Below the pieces are notes generated by a model. That model was not told the origin of the DNA, made no database searches, and saw only the letters and a program-made list of their open reading frames with translations. Both the position numbers and the translations under genes were made by a program. Shown here piece by piece: positions 1 through 9,693 of a stretch of 64,000 bases of DNA. This DNA is from an uncultured Nitrospiraceae bacterium (GTDB lineage Bacteria; Nitrospirota; Thermodesulfovibrionia; Thermodesulfovibrionales; Dissulfurispiraceae): NCBI GenBank assembly GCA_963705105.1, contig CAVPIW010000009.1, positions 192,001 to 256,000 of the forward strand, read 5' to 3'. The first letter of the stretch is position 1. The number at the start of each line of letters is the position of its first letter.

Positions 1-170
1 AAAGGCGGGGTGTATGCGCCGAAAACCTTGATGCGGCGACACCTGTATCGAAAGGGCAGAAGAACTATACGCCAATGGTCGATGACACAAAGAGTGGAAT
101 CCTGAAACACGAAGCTGACGAGGCGTATCGTCGCCTTCAGCAAGGCTTTGAGGCGCTTCGCCCCGCCTTT
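1..170 (+). repeat. Modular hairpin repeat family, copy 1 (5' end cut by the window edge)
   Basis: AAAGGCGGGG...CCCCGCCTTT inverted ends; near-identical to 21554-21768, 27648-27862 and 52579-52793. Confidence 0.9.
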
Positions 171-278
171 AAATACAAATACGGGGGAGATTCTCTCCCT
201 TTGGGGGAGAGGGTTGGGAAAGGGTATCCGTGAATTCTGTTTTGACGATAACGGCGCATGAAAGGGGGATTAGGGAAA

Positions 279-1598
279 ATGAACCTGCATAACCGTTGTA
301 TCCATCTTTTGATCTGGATCATCACCGTCCTGATGATCGTGCCTCCCGGGGTGATGGCACAGACGGGCGGAGGCGCTCCGGCCGCGACATTCACTCAGGC
401 AGAACTGGACCAGATGCTCGCTCCGATCGCGCTATATCCCGACTCCCTGCTGACCGAAGTGCTCATGGCGTCCACGTATCCCCTGGAGATCGTTCAGGCG
501 AGCCGCTGGGCAAAGCAGAACAAGAACCTCAAGGGCGATGCCCTGACAGCCGCTCTCGAAAAACAGGACTGGGACCCGAGCGTCAAGGCCCTCGTGAATT
601 TCCCCGACGTGCTGGACATGATGAATGAGAAGCTGGACTGGACCCAGAAGCTGGGCGATGCATTCCTCGCCCAGCAGAAAGACGTGATGGCTTCCGTCCA
701 GAGGCTGCGGGCCAAGGCCGAGGCGGCGGGCAACCTGAAGACGACGAAGGAACAGACAGTGATCGTCGAGAAGGAGACGCAGGTGATCGTGATCGAGCCT
801 GCAAACCCTCAGGTCGTCTATGTCCCCACCTATAACCCGACCGTCGTTTACGGCGCCTGGGCCTATCCCGCGTATCCGCCCTATTACTATTACCCGCCCG
901 GATACTATACGGGCGCGGCGTTCTCCTTTGCAGCAGGCGTGGCGATCGGCGCCGCCTGGGGATATGCCTGGGGGCATTCGAACTGGCATGGCGGCAATGT
1001 CGACATCGACGTCAACAGAAATACGAACATCAACCGGAACATCGACCGGGGAAAGCACCAGCAGCAGATGCAGAACAGGGGACAGCTCAACCAGGCGGGA
1101 AAAGGCAACTGGCAGCACAACGCCGATCACCGGAAGGGCGTGGCATACAGGGACTCTTCAACGGCCCAGAAGTTCGGGCAGTCATCGGCACGCACAACAC
1201 AGGCGGGCCGTGATGCCCGGGGATATTCCGGGGACCGCAGGTCCGGGACGCAGGCAGGCGTCTCTGACAGGAGTGCACGAGGCGATTCCGGCAGGGCAGG
1301 CGTTTCAGACCGGAGCACACGGGCCGACTCCGGCAGGTCCAGCGGTCGCGACAGCGCCTTCAGCGGCGGCGACAACGGCAGGTCCGAGCGCATGTCGAGC
1401 CAGCGGGGACAGACGAGCAGGAGCAGCAGCATGGAGCGAGGCGGATCGCGCGGCGGTTCCGGTGGATACAGCAGCAGCGGCTCGCGCGGCGGCTCCGGCG
1501 GATACAGCAGCGGCGGCTCCCGGGGAGGTTCCGGCGGCTTCAGCGGTGGTGGTCGCGGCGGCGGCGGTGGTGGTCGCGGCGGCGGCGGACGGAGGTAG
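279..1598 (+). CDS. DUF3300 domain-containing secreted protein with a Gly/Ser/Arg-rich C-terminal tail
   Basis: Signal peptide; 'ELDQMLAPIALYPDSLL..VLMASTYP' and 'WDPSVKAL' motifs; upstream of DUF2950. Alternative start at 258. Confidence 0.88.
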   Translation: MNLHNRCIHLLIWIITVLMIVPPGVMAQTGGGAPAATFTQAELDQMLAPIALYPDSLLTEVLMASTYPLEIVQASRWAKQNKNLKGDALTAALEKQDWDPSVKALVNFPDVLDMMNEKLDWTQKLGDAFLAQQKDVMASVQRLRAKAEAAGNLKTTKEQTVIVEKETQVIVIEPANPQVVYVPTYNPTVVYGAWAYPAYPPYYYYPPGYYTGAAFSFAAGVAIGAAWGYAWGHSNWHGGNVDIDVNRNTNINRNIDRGKHQQQMQNRGQLNQAGKGNWQHNADHRKGVAYRDSSTAQKFGQSSARTTQAGRDARGYSGDRRSGTQAGVSDRSARGDSGRAGVSDRSTRADSGRSSGRDSAFSGGDNGRSERMSSQRGQTSRSSSMERGGSRGGSGGYSSSGSRGGSGGYSSGGSRGGSGGFSGGGRGGGGGGRGGGGRR

Positions 1599-1682
1599 AC
1601 GATGGACCGGCACAGTATCCCAGGAGAACGTGAAAACCCGACATCACCGGATCTGCCGTATACGAGAAAGGAGCGCATCATA

Positions 1683-2663
1683 ATGCAGTGTTTCCTGAGG
1701 GGCGGAAAAACGTTGTTCCGTTCGATAGTGTGTGCAGTCATCGCGGCTGTCGTGCTCGCAGGCCTCCTATCCTCAGCCGATGCAAAGACAAAGGGACCGA
1801 AGCAGATGACTTTTGCGTCTCCCGATGAGGCGGCCGCCGCCCTTGCGGAGGCGGTCAGGAGCAATGACACGAAAGCCCAACTGTCCGTCCTCGGACCCGG
1901 CGCCACGCGCGTTCTTTCGTCGGGAGACGACGTCGCGGACAGAGCATTGAGGGAATGGTTCGTAAAGACCTTCGAGGAGTCGCATAGGATCGAACAGGAA
2001 AGCCCGGACAAGGCGGTTCTGATTGCGGGCAAAGAGGAATGGCCCCTCCCCATCCCGATTGTCAGAAAGGGGGACCGGTGGCTCTTCGACACGAAGGCCG
2101 GCAGAGAAGAGATCATCAACAGGAGGATCGGCAGGAACGAGCTGCATGTCATCGAGTTCATGCAGGCCTATGTAGATGCCCAGCGTGAATACATCGGTAA
2201 GGACTGGGACGGTGACGGGGTCCGTGCCTACGCACAGAAGGTCCGCAGCACGCCCGGCAGGAAGAACGGCCTGTACTGGGAAGCGATGGATGGGGAGCCC
2301 GAAAGCCCCTTTGGTCCCCTAGTTGCTCAGGCAGCAGCAGAAGGGTACGACGGGAAAGCGAAAAGCGGCAAGCCCTCTCCTTTTCGCGGATACTATTTCC
2401 GGATCCTGAAAGGACAGGGCAAACACGCACCCGGAGGCGCCTATGACTACGTGGTCAGGGGGAACATGATACTCGGCTTCGCGATCGTCGGCTACCCTGC
2501 GAAATACGGCTCCTCAGGGATCATGACCTTCATCGTCAACCAGGGAGGCGTGGTGCACCAGAAAGACCTGGGCGGGAACACGACAAAGACGGCACGGTCG
2601 ATGAAGCTTTACGATCCTGATGCGACATGGAAAAGGGTGGAGGAACCGGCTGAGCAGAAATAG
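1683..2663 (+). CDS. DUF2950 family protein
   Basis: 'RRIGRNEL', 'GLYW..GEPESPFGP', 'PFRGYYFRIL', 'YGSSGIMTFIVN' motifs; SD AAGGAG before ATG 1683 (ORF track opens at 1602). Confidence 0.88.
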   Translation: MQCFLRGGKTLFRSIVCAVIAAVVLAGLLSSADAKTKGPKQMTFASPDEAAAALAEAVRSNDTKAQLSVLGPGATRVLSSGDDVADRALREWFVKTFEESHRIEQESPDKAVLIAGKEEWPLPIPIVRKGDRWLFDTKAGREEIINRRIGRNELHVIEFMQAYVDAQREYIGKDWDGDGVRAYAQKVRSTPGRKNGLYWEAMDGEPESPFGPLVAQAAAEGYDGKAKSGKPSPFRGYYFRILKGQGKHAPGGAYDYVVRGNMILGFAIVGYPAKYGSSGIMTFIVNQGGVVHQKDLGGNTTKTARSMKLYDPDATWKRVEEPAEQK

Positions 2664-2664
2664 A

Positions 2665-2869
2665 CATTGCATGAAAAGGCGGGACGAGTGCCTCAAAGCC
2701 TTGCTGATAGCGAGCATGATCATTTGAAATTGGACATTCGGGATTCCACCCGACCTGTCATCAACCGTCAGCCTGAAATGATCCGTATGGGAAGGCAAAG
2801 GTTTAGCAGCACCAAGGCTTTTCGGCATCTTCGCCCGCCTTCCCGAAAGTCCTGTTGCAACGATATGGT
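2665..2869 (-). repeat. Modular hairpin repeat, divergent copy
   Basis: TTGCATGAAAAGGCGGG...CGCCCGCCTTCCCG...TTGCAACGATATGG; carries the same terminal arms as the other copies. Confidence 0.8.
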
Positions 2870-2898
2870 ATACATTGCTGTTGTATGAGGAGGCGGAC

Positions 2899-3966
2899 AT
2901 GTTAGACAAAATAACCGCACTGTTGGGAGATGAGTCGAAATTCCTCCTGGATCATGTGACAAGAACGATCCCGAAGGAGCAGATACATTTGCCCGGTCCC
3001 GATTTCATCAACCGCGTCTGGGCGCATTCGGACCGCAAGACAACGGTCCTGAGAAACCTGCAGTCGCTGTATGGAACAGGGAGACTGGCGCATACGGGCT
3101 ACCTGTCGATCCTCCCCGTCGACCAGGGCATCGAGCATTCGGCGGCGGCATCTTTTGCGCCGAATCCCGCCTATTTCGATCCCGGCAACATCGTCAAGCT
3201 CGCCGTCGAGGGCGGCTGCAACGCCGTCGCGTCCACCTTCGGCGTTCTCGGGGCCGTGGCACGTCAATATGCGCACAGGATACCTTTCGTCGTGAAGATC
3301 AACCACAACGAGTTCCTGACCTATCCGAACAAATTCGACCAGATCCTCTTCGGCACCCTGAGGGAAGCAAGGGAGATGGGCGCCGCGGCGGTGGGAGCGA
3401 CGGTCTACTTCGGCTCGGCCGAGTCGGGCCGGCAGATCGTCGAGATCGCCCAGGCCTTCGATATGGCCCACGACCTCGGCATGGCCACCATCCTCTGGTG
3501 CTATCTCAGGAACAACGCCTTCAAGACAGGCGGGGTTGACTACCACCTCTCCGCCGACCTGACGGGCCAGGCCAACCACCTCGGCGTCACCATCCAGGCA
3601 GATATCATCAAGCAGAAGCTGCCCGAGAACAACGGGGGATTCAGGGCCGTCAGCTCGAAGGAAAACCCCTACGGCAAGACGGACGAACGCATCTACTCGG
3701 AGCTGACGAGCGACCACCCCATCGATCTCGTGCGCTACCAGGTCGCCAACTGCTACATGGGACGGGTCAGCCTCATCAACTCCGGCGGACCTTCGGGAAA
3801 GAACGACTTCGCCGAGGCGGTCCGCACCGCCGTCATCAACAAGCGGGGCGGAGGCGCCGGGCTCATCTCGGGCAGAAAGGCATTCCAGCGGCCCATGGCC
3901 GAGGGGGCGGCGCTGCTGCAGGCCATCCAGGACGTCTATCTCTGCGGGGACGTCACCGTCGCATAG
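2899..3966 (+). CDS. fbaB: Class I fructose-bisphosphate aldolase
   Basis: '[16 protein letters not shown]', 'KINHNE', 'ADIIKQKLP', '[12 protein letters not shown]'; SD GAGGAGG. Confidence 0.95.
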   Translation: MLDKITALLGDESKFLLDHVTRTIPKEQIHLPGPDFINRVWAHSDRKTTVLRNLQSLYGTGRLAHTGYLSILPVDQGIEHSAAASFAPNPAYFDPGNIVKLAVEGGCNAVASTFGVLGAVARQYAHRIPFVVKINHNEFLTYPNKFDQILFGTLREAREMGAAAVGATVYFGSAESGRQIVEIAQAFDMAHDLGMATILWCYLRNNAFKTGGVDYHLSADLTGQANHLGVTIQADIIKQKLPENNGGFRAVSSKENPYGKTDERIYSELTSDHPIDLVRYQVANCYMGRVSLINSGGPSGKNDFAEAVRTAVINKRGGGAGLISGRKAFQRPMAEGAALLQAIQDVYLCGDVTVA

Positions 3967-4088
3967 CGCACGAGGCATGCACTGGAACGGAGGAGGCTTG
4001 CGTATCGCGGAGCTCACTCCTATCTTTCAAGGATGACCTCCGTCGCATGAACGAGGAGGAAACAGATGAAGACCAAAGGAGAAGAGCC

Positions 4089-6512
4089 ATGAAACGCAAT
4101 GCCATCAACATGACTATCGGCGTTACCCTGACGGCGGCCTGCGCAGCGACAGCCGCCGCGCAGACAATGCCGGACCGCACGGTGCTGCCGATCCAGGAAC
4201 CGAAACGGCCACTCTACACTGAGCTCGATGCCCGGAATGTGAAAGCACCGCCTCACTTCGAGGTCAAGGCTCCAGCAGGCGCTCCCAACGTCGTGATCAT
4301 ATTGATCGACGATCTGGGGTTCGGCGCCACAGAGACCTATGGCGGCCCGATCACCACGCCGACGCTTGAGCGCCTGGCCAGGAACGGACTGATATACAAC
4401 AATTTCCACACAACCGCTCTTTCCTCACCGACGCGGGCTGCGCTCAAGTCGGGCCGCAACCATCACACGGTGAACATGGGTTTCATCACCGAGATGGCGA
4501 CCTCGTTCCCCGGCGCCACCGGCCAGATACCCAATGCGACGGCCCCGCTGGCGGAGATGCTGCGCCTGAACGGTTACAGCACGGCGGCTTTCGGCAAGTG
4601 GCACGAGACCGCCGCATGGGAAGCCAGTGTCTCCGGCCCCTTCGACCGCTGGCCGACGCACCAGGGCTTCGACAAATTCTACGGTTTCATCGGCGGCGAG
4701 ACGACCCAATGGGCGCCCTTCCTGTACGATGGCGTCGCTCAGGTCGAGCTGCCGAATGACCCGAACTATCACTTCATGACCGACATGACCGACAAGGCGG
4801 TCGCCTGGATCAAGTACCAGAAGGCCTTGACGCCCGACAGGCCATTCTTCATCTATTTCGCTCCAGGGGCCACCCACGCGCCGCACCACGTGCCCAAGGA
4901 TTGGATCGCCAAATGGAAAGGCAAGTTCGACCGGGGATGGGACAAACTGCGCGAAGAAACCCTGGCCCGGCAGATCAAGATGGGCGTGGTGCCTGCCGGC
5001 ACGAAACTCGCGCCCAAGCCTGAGGCCATCAAGGACTGGGACAAGCTGACCGCTGACGAGAAGCGTCTGTTCAGCCGTCAGGCTGAAGTTTTCGCCGCTT
5101 ATCTGGATTACACCGATCACGAAATCGGCCGGATGCTCAAGGCCGTCGAGGCGACCGGGCAGGCTGACAACACCCTTGTGTTCTATATCGCCGGCGACAA
5201 CGGCGCCAGCGGCGAAGGCGGCCAGAACGGCGTGTTCAACGAGTACACCTACTTCAACGGCGTCCACGAGAGGGTCGAGGACATGCTGAAGATGGCCGAC
5301 AAGTGGGGAGGCCCCGAGACCTATCCTCACATGGCCGCCGGCTGGGCTGTGGCCTTCGATTCCCCCTTTGGCTGGATGAAGCAGGTGGCCTCGGATTTCG
5401 GCGGTACGCGCAACGGCATGGTGGTCCACTGGCCGAATGGGATCAGGGCGAAGAACGAGATCCGCTCCCAGTTCAGCCATGTGATTGACGTTGCGCCGAC
5501 CGTCCTGCAGGCCGCTGGACTGCCGGAGCCCAAGTCGGTGAACGGCACGCCTCAGATCCCGATGGAGGGCACGAGCCTGATGTATTCCTTCGACGACGCC
5601 AAGGCTAAGGAGCGCCATGTCACGCAGTACTTCGAGATCGCCGGCAATCGCGGCATCTACCACGATGGCTGGTTCGCCCGCACTCTCCACCGGGCGCCGT
5701 GGGAGCCCAAGGGACGCCATCCGCTGGACAAGGACGTCTGGGAGCTGTATGACACGCGAACCGACTTCAGCCTGGCCAACGACCTCGCCACGAAGAACCC
5801 GGAAAAGCTCGCGGAGATGCAGGCCATCTTCATGAAGGAGGCCGAGAAGCACCACGTGTTGCCCATCGACGATCGCGTCTTCGAGCGACTCGATGGCAAA
5901 TCGGTCGGGCGGCCGGACCTGATGGCGGGCCGCACGTCGCTGACCCTTGCCGAGGGCATGACGGGTATGATGGAGAGCGCCTTCATCAACGTGAAAAACA
6001 GGTCCAAAACCATCACGGCCGAGATCGACGTGCCGGCCAGCGGAGTGAACGGCACAATCCTCGTCCAGGGCGGACGCTTCGGCGGCTGGTCGCTGTACGT
6101 GAAAAACGGCCTCCCCGCCTACGACTACAACTTCCTCGGCCTCCAGCGCAGCTCAGTCGCCGCTGCCAAACCGCTCGTCCCCGGCAAGGCGACGATCCGC
6201 TTCGACTTCGCCTATGACGGAGGCGGCCCCGGCAAGGGGGGCAAAGGAACCCTGTACGTGAACGACGAAAAGGTTGCGGAGGGTCGGATCGAGCATACAC
6301 AGGCCGGAATATTCTCGGCCGATGAGACAGCCGATGTGGGTATTGACCTCGGCACACCCGTGGTCGAAGCCATCGGGGCTGAACGCGCGTCGAAGTTCAC
6401 CGGCAAGATCCACAAGGTCACCATCGAAGTGAAAGAGACGAAGATGCCTGACAAGGCGGAGGATGACAAGGCCCGCGCGGTCGCCGCTCGTAAAAAAGCG
6501 CTGTCGGACTGA
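4089..6512 (+). CDS. Arylsulfatase (Ser-type, exported)
   Basis: 'PNVVIILIDDLG', 'FHTTALSSPTRAAL..GRNHH', 'GKWH'; signal peptide. Confidence 0.93.
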   Translation: MKRNAINMTIGVTLTAACAATAAAQTMPDRTVLPIQEPKRPLYTELDARNVKAPPHFEVKAPAGAPNVVIILIDDLGFGATETYGGPITTPTLERLARNGLIYNNFHTTALSSPTRAALKSGRNHHTVNMGFITEMATSFPGATGQIPNATAPLAEMLRLNGYSTAAFGKWHETAAWEASVSGPFDRWPTHQGFDKFYGFIGGETTQWAPFLYDGVAQVELPNDPNYHFMTDMTDKAVAWIKYQKALTPDRPFFIYFAPGATHAPHHVPKDWIAKWKGKFDRGWDKLREETLARQIKMGVVPAGTKLAPKPEAIKDWDKLTADEKRLFSRQAEVFAAYLDYTDHEIGRMLKAVEATGQADNTLVFYIAGDNGASGEGGQNGVFNEYTYFNGVHERVEDMLKMADKWGGPETYPHMAAGWAVAFDSPFGWMKQVASDFGGTRNGMVVHWPNGIRAKNEIRSQFSHVIDVAPTVLQAAGLPEPKSVNGTPQIPMEGTSLMYSFDDAKAKERHVTQYFEIAGNRGIYHDGWFARTLHRAPWEPKGRHPLDKDVWELYDTRTDFSLANDLATKNPEKLAEMQAIFMKEAEKHHVLPIDDRVFERLDGKSVGRPDLMAGRTSLTLAEGMTGMMESAFINVKNRSKTITAEIDVPASGVNGTILVQGGRFGGWSLYVKNGLPAYDYNFLGLQRSSVAAAKPLVPGKATIRFDFAYDGGGPGKGGKGTLYVNDEKVAEGRIEHTQAGIFSADETADVGIDLGTPVVEAIGAERASKFTGKIHKVTIEVKETKMPDKAEDDKARAVAARKKALSD

Positions 6513-6561
6513 GTGTGCCATGTATGCGCCCAGAAAGAACATGAGGAGAAAGGAGACGAAC

Positions 6562-7407
6562 ATGAAAATGAACAAGTGCGCGTTGTTCGTTGCGGCGCTG
6601 GCCGCAGTCATATTGATAGCGCCTGATAGTAGCATGTGCCAACAGCCGACCGCCGCGGAGCGGGTAGCGGCCCTTGCGGCAGCGCCGGCCACCGCAGAGC
6701 CGAAGGGAAGCGATGCGAAGTCCATCCTCAAGGCCATGGCAGACTATGTAAGCAGTCAGAAGACAATAGAGCTCACATTTGACAGCGATATCGAGGTCAT
6801 CACGCCGCAACTCGAGAAGATCCAGTTCACCAATTCCGGCGAGGCGCTGTTGAGCCGCCCGGACAAGCTACGCGCTCACCGGGTCGGCGGCTATGCGGAT
6901 GTGGCGCTCTACTTCGACGGCAAGACAGTCACCATCTATGGCAAGAGCATCAACGGCTACGCGCAGTTCGAGGCTTCGGGGACCGTGGACCACCTGGTCG
7001 AAGCCTTGAGGGCCGGCCACGGTGTCTCACTGCCGTTCGCCGACCTTATCCTGTCGAATTCATACGACGTCCTCGTGGCCGGGGTCAGGGAAGCCAAGCA
7101 TATCGGCCGCGGCGTCATCGATGGCCGGGAATGCGAGCACCTTGCCTTCCGCAACGCCGATACGGACTGGCAGATCTGGGTGGAGGCGGGCAAGACGCCT
7201 GTTCCGCGCAAAATGGTGATTACGAGCAAGACCATGAACAGCGCGCCGCAATATACTCTTCGCGTCAAGAGCTGGAAAACGGGCGTCCAGCCGGCGCCTG
7301 ATGCATTCACGTTCACACCGCCGGCGGGAGCGAAAAAGCTCAGCCCGGACGCTCTGATCGATCTCGACGAATTACCGCAGAGTGCACAGGAAGGAGGAAA
7401 TCAATGA
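6562..7407 (+). CDS. DUF2092 periplasmic protein
   Basis: 'RPDKLRA', 'YFDGKT', 'CEHLAFR..DTDWQIWVE.G..PVP.KMVIT'; SD AAGGAG before ATG 6562. Confidence 0.88.
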   Translation: MKMNKCALFVAALAAVILIAPDSSMCQQPTAAERVAALAAAPATAEPKGSDAKSILKAMADYVSSQKTIELTFDSDIEVITPQLEKIQFTNSGEALLSRPDKLRAHRVGGYADVALYFDGKTVTIYGKSINGYAQFEASGTVDHLVEALRAGHGVSLPFADLILSNSYDVLVAGVREAKHIGRGVIDGRECEHLAFRNADTDWQIWVEAGKTPVPRKMVITSKTMNSAPQYTLRVKSWKTGVQPAPDAFTFTPPAGAKKLSPDALIDLDELPQSAQEGGNQ

Positions 7408-7772
7408 AACATGTCATAATCAGGTCCATACTCATACTTGGTATAGCTGCTGCCGCGTGGCTTTGGAGTGGCGAAATCTGGCCGGACTACGGTGGAGATC
7501 TGGTTGACACCGCGGAAGCTGTCGTCGGTGCACCGGCGACACCGGTCAGCTATGCCGGCGTGGCCCGACGCTCCACCGTCGGGGCAGGAGCGCCCGGTGT
7601 GGGTGTTACGCCGGGAGTCGGGGCGGGGGCGCCCGGCGTTGGTGTTACACCCGGAGTCGGGGCGGGGGCACCCGGCGTTGGTGTTACGCCCGGAGTCGGG
7701 GCAGGGGCGCCGGGTCCGGGAGCTGCGCCCGCGAACCGGGGCGGACCCGTGAACAGGGCCGGGGTGCGCTAA
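7404..7772 (+). CDS. Small exported protein with TPVSYAGVARR motif and ~3 GAGAPGVGVTPGV repeats
   Basis: SD AGGAGG; ATGA overlap with DUF2092; N-terminal hydrophobic segment; 39-bp tandem repeats at ~7579-7716. Confidence 0.8.
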   Translation: MKHVIIRSILILGIAAAAWLWSGEIWPDYGGDLVDTAEAVVGAPATPVSYAGVARRSTVGAGAPGVGVTPGVGAGAPGVGVTPGVGAGAPGVGVTPGVGAGAPGPGAAPANRGGPVNRAGVR

Positions 7773-7790
7773 GCTCACGCCTATGAGCCG

Positions 7791-8273
7791 TTGGACGCTA
7801 CAGTGAATGTGAACCCTACTATTATAGAAGCCACAGGCAGGAACCCCGGAGGTTTGATCCGCGGGGTGTTCGTTTCAGTGGCCGCTCTACTCATGCTGTT
7901 CGGCACGTCAGTCACGCCCGATGCACTGACTGCAGCCGCTGATGCGGCACAGTCAGTGCCCAAAGGTGACGAAAAGCGTCTGATCGGGCGCTGGGAAAGA
8001 CCTGATGGGGGCTATATCCTCGAACTGAAGGAAATAGGAAAGAACGGCACCCTGAAAGCGGCTTATTTCAATCCACGGCCGATCAACGTCTCCAGGGCTG
8101 AACTGAAGCGCAAGAACGGGGTGCTGACGGTATTCATCGAGTTGCGCGATGTCAACTACCCCGGTTCGACATACAATCTTCGGTACGATCCGAAAGCAGA
8201 CCGGTTGATCGGGACTTATTTCCAGGCTGTGGCGCGGGAAACCTATGACATTGAGTTTGTGAGGGCCAAGTGA
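7791..8273 (+). CDS. Hypothetical exported protein (GRWERPDGGYILE motif)
   Basis: ORF with hydrophobic segment followed by a beta-rich domain, inside the operon; start uncertain. Confidence 0.7.
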   Translation: MDATVNVNPTIIEATGRNPGGLIRGVFVSVAALLMLFGTSVTPDALTAAADAAQSVPKGDEKRLIGRWERPDGGYILELKEIGKNGTLKAAYFNPRPINVSRAELKRKNGVLTVFIELRDVNYPGSTYNLRYDPKADRLIGTYFQAVARETYDIEFVRAK

Positions 8274-8347
8274 TGAGCACTCTCTCACAGGTTTACTCTG
8301 TCGAGGAAGTGCAAGGGAAAATTCTCCGACAGACGATTTGAAAATCA

Positions 8348-9637
8348 ATGGCTGCTGAAGAAAACACACATAGGCAGCGAGAAGGTGCCGGCCAGGGAAT
8401 CCACGTGGTGGCGAAGCCCATCGGCCCGGTCTGCAATCTCAACTGCGAGTACTGCTTCTACCTCGAGAAACAGGCCCTGTTCGGCCCCGGCGAGCAGTAC
8501 CGCATGTCCGATGAGGTCCTTGCCGCATTCATCGCCAACTACATTTCATCGCAGCCGACGCCTGTCGTCGAGTTCGTCTGGCAGGGCGGGGAGCCGACAC
8601 TCCTGGGGATAGACTTCTTCAGGAAGGTCATCGAGTTGCAGAGACCGTTCGCAGGGACAAAGACGATCACCAATTCCATCCAGACCAACGGGACGCTGCT
8701 CACCGATGAGTGGTGTGCCTTCCTGAGGAATCACGATTTTATGGTGGGCATCAGCCTCGACGGTCCCAGGGAAGTGCACAACCGCTACCGCCGTGACCGT
8801 AAAGGCAGAGGGACTTTCGACAAGGTGATGAAGGGGCTCAGACTCCTGCAAAAGCACAACGTCGAATACAATGTGCTGGCCTGTGTCGCCCGTGAGACCG
8901 CCCGGTATCCGCTTGAGGTCTACCGTTTCTTGAAGGGGGAAGGAGTCGAGTTCATCCAGTTCACCCCGGTTGTAGAACGTATGCCCGATGCCTGCAGCAG
9001 GCGGCACGGCCTGCGCCTCGCCGGCCCGGCGGCGCTGGACAAAAAAAAGCAGGAGACTGAAGTCACTCCCTGGTCGGTCATCCCCGGGGACTACGGAGAC
9101 TTTCTCATTGCCGTGTATGAGGAATGGGTGCGTCACGATGTGGGCAAGACCTTCGTCATGAACTTCGAGTGGGCGCTCAATGCCTGGATCGGCAACCCAT
9201 CGCCGGTCTGTATCCACGCGAAACAATGCGGCCGGTCCGTCGTGCTGGAGCATAACGGCGATGTCTATGCCTGTGACCATTGTGTCTATCCGGAGCAGCG
9301 ACTCGGGAGCGTCGTTCACGACAGCCTGGCGGCCATGGCCTCAAAGTCGAGACAGTCCGGCTTCGGCGTCACGAAGGAGACCGCCCTGCCCCACTGGTGC
9401 AGGGAATGCGAGGTCCTGGCAGCCTGCCGGGGCGGCTGCTCGAAGCAGCGCTTTGAAGTGACACCATATAACGAACCGGGGCTCCACTATCTCTGCAGCG
9501 GATACAGGAAATTTTTCCTCCACATCCGCAAGTATTTGCGTGCCATGACCCAATTGCTCGAAAACGCTCTCCCGGCATCGTACGTTATGGATGCGGTCAA
9601 AGGACCACTGGTGATAAAGCTCGTGGATAGACAATGA
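8348..9637 (+). CDS. Anaerobic sulfatase maturase (radical SAM/SPASM, anSME/AtsB-like)
   Basis: CNLNCEYC, 'WQGGEPTL', SPASM cysteines 'YACDH', 'CRECEVLAACRGGC'; near a sulfatase. Confidence 0.93.
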   Translation: MAAEENTHRQREGAGQGIHVVAKPIGPVCNLNCEYCFYLEKQALFGPGEQYRMSDEVLAAFIANYISSQPTPVVEFVWQGGEPTLLGIDFFRKVIELQRPFAGTKTITNSIQTNGTLLTDEWCAFLRNHDFMVGISLDGPREVHNRYRRDRKGRGTFDKVMKGLRLLQKHNVEYNVLACVARETARYPLEVYRFLKGEGVEFIQFTPVVERMPDACSRRHGLRLAGPAALDKKKQETEVTPWSVIPGDYGDFLIAVYEEWVRHDVGKTFVMNFEWALNAWIGNPSPVCIHAKQCGRSVVLEHNGDVYACDHCVYPEQRLGSVVHDSLAAMASKSRQSGFGVTKETALPHWCRECEVLAACRGGCSKQRFEVTPYNEPGLHYLCSGYRKFFLHIRKYLRAMTQLLENALPASYVMDAVKGPLVIKLVDRQ

Positions 9638-9693
9638 CAGCTCGACAGTCATCAAAGAGACTGCGCCTCTGAAAGGATGCAAGAGAGTGATGT

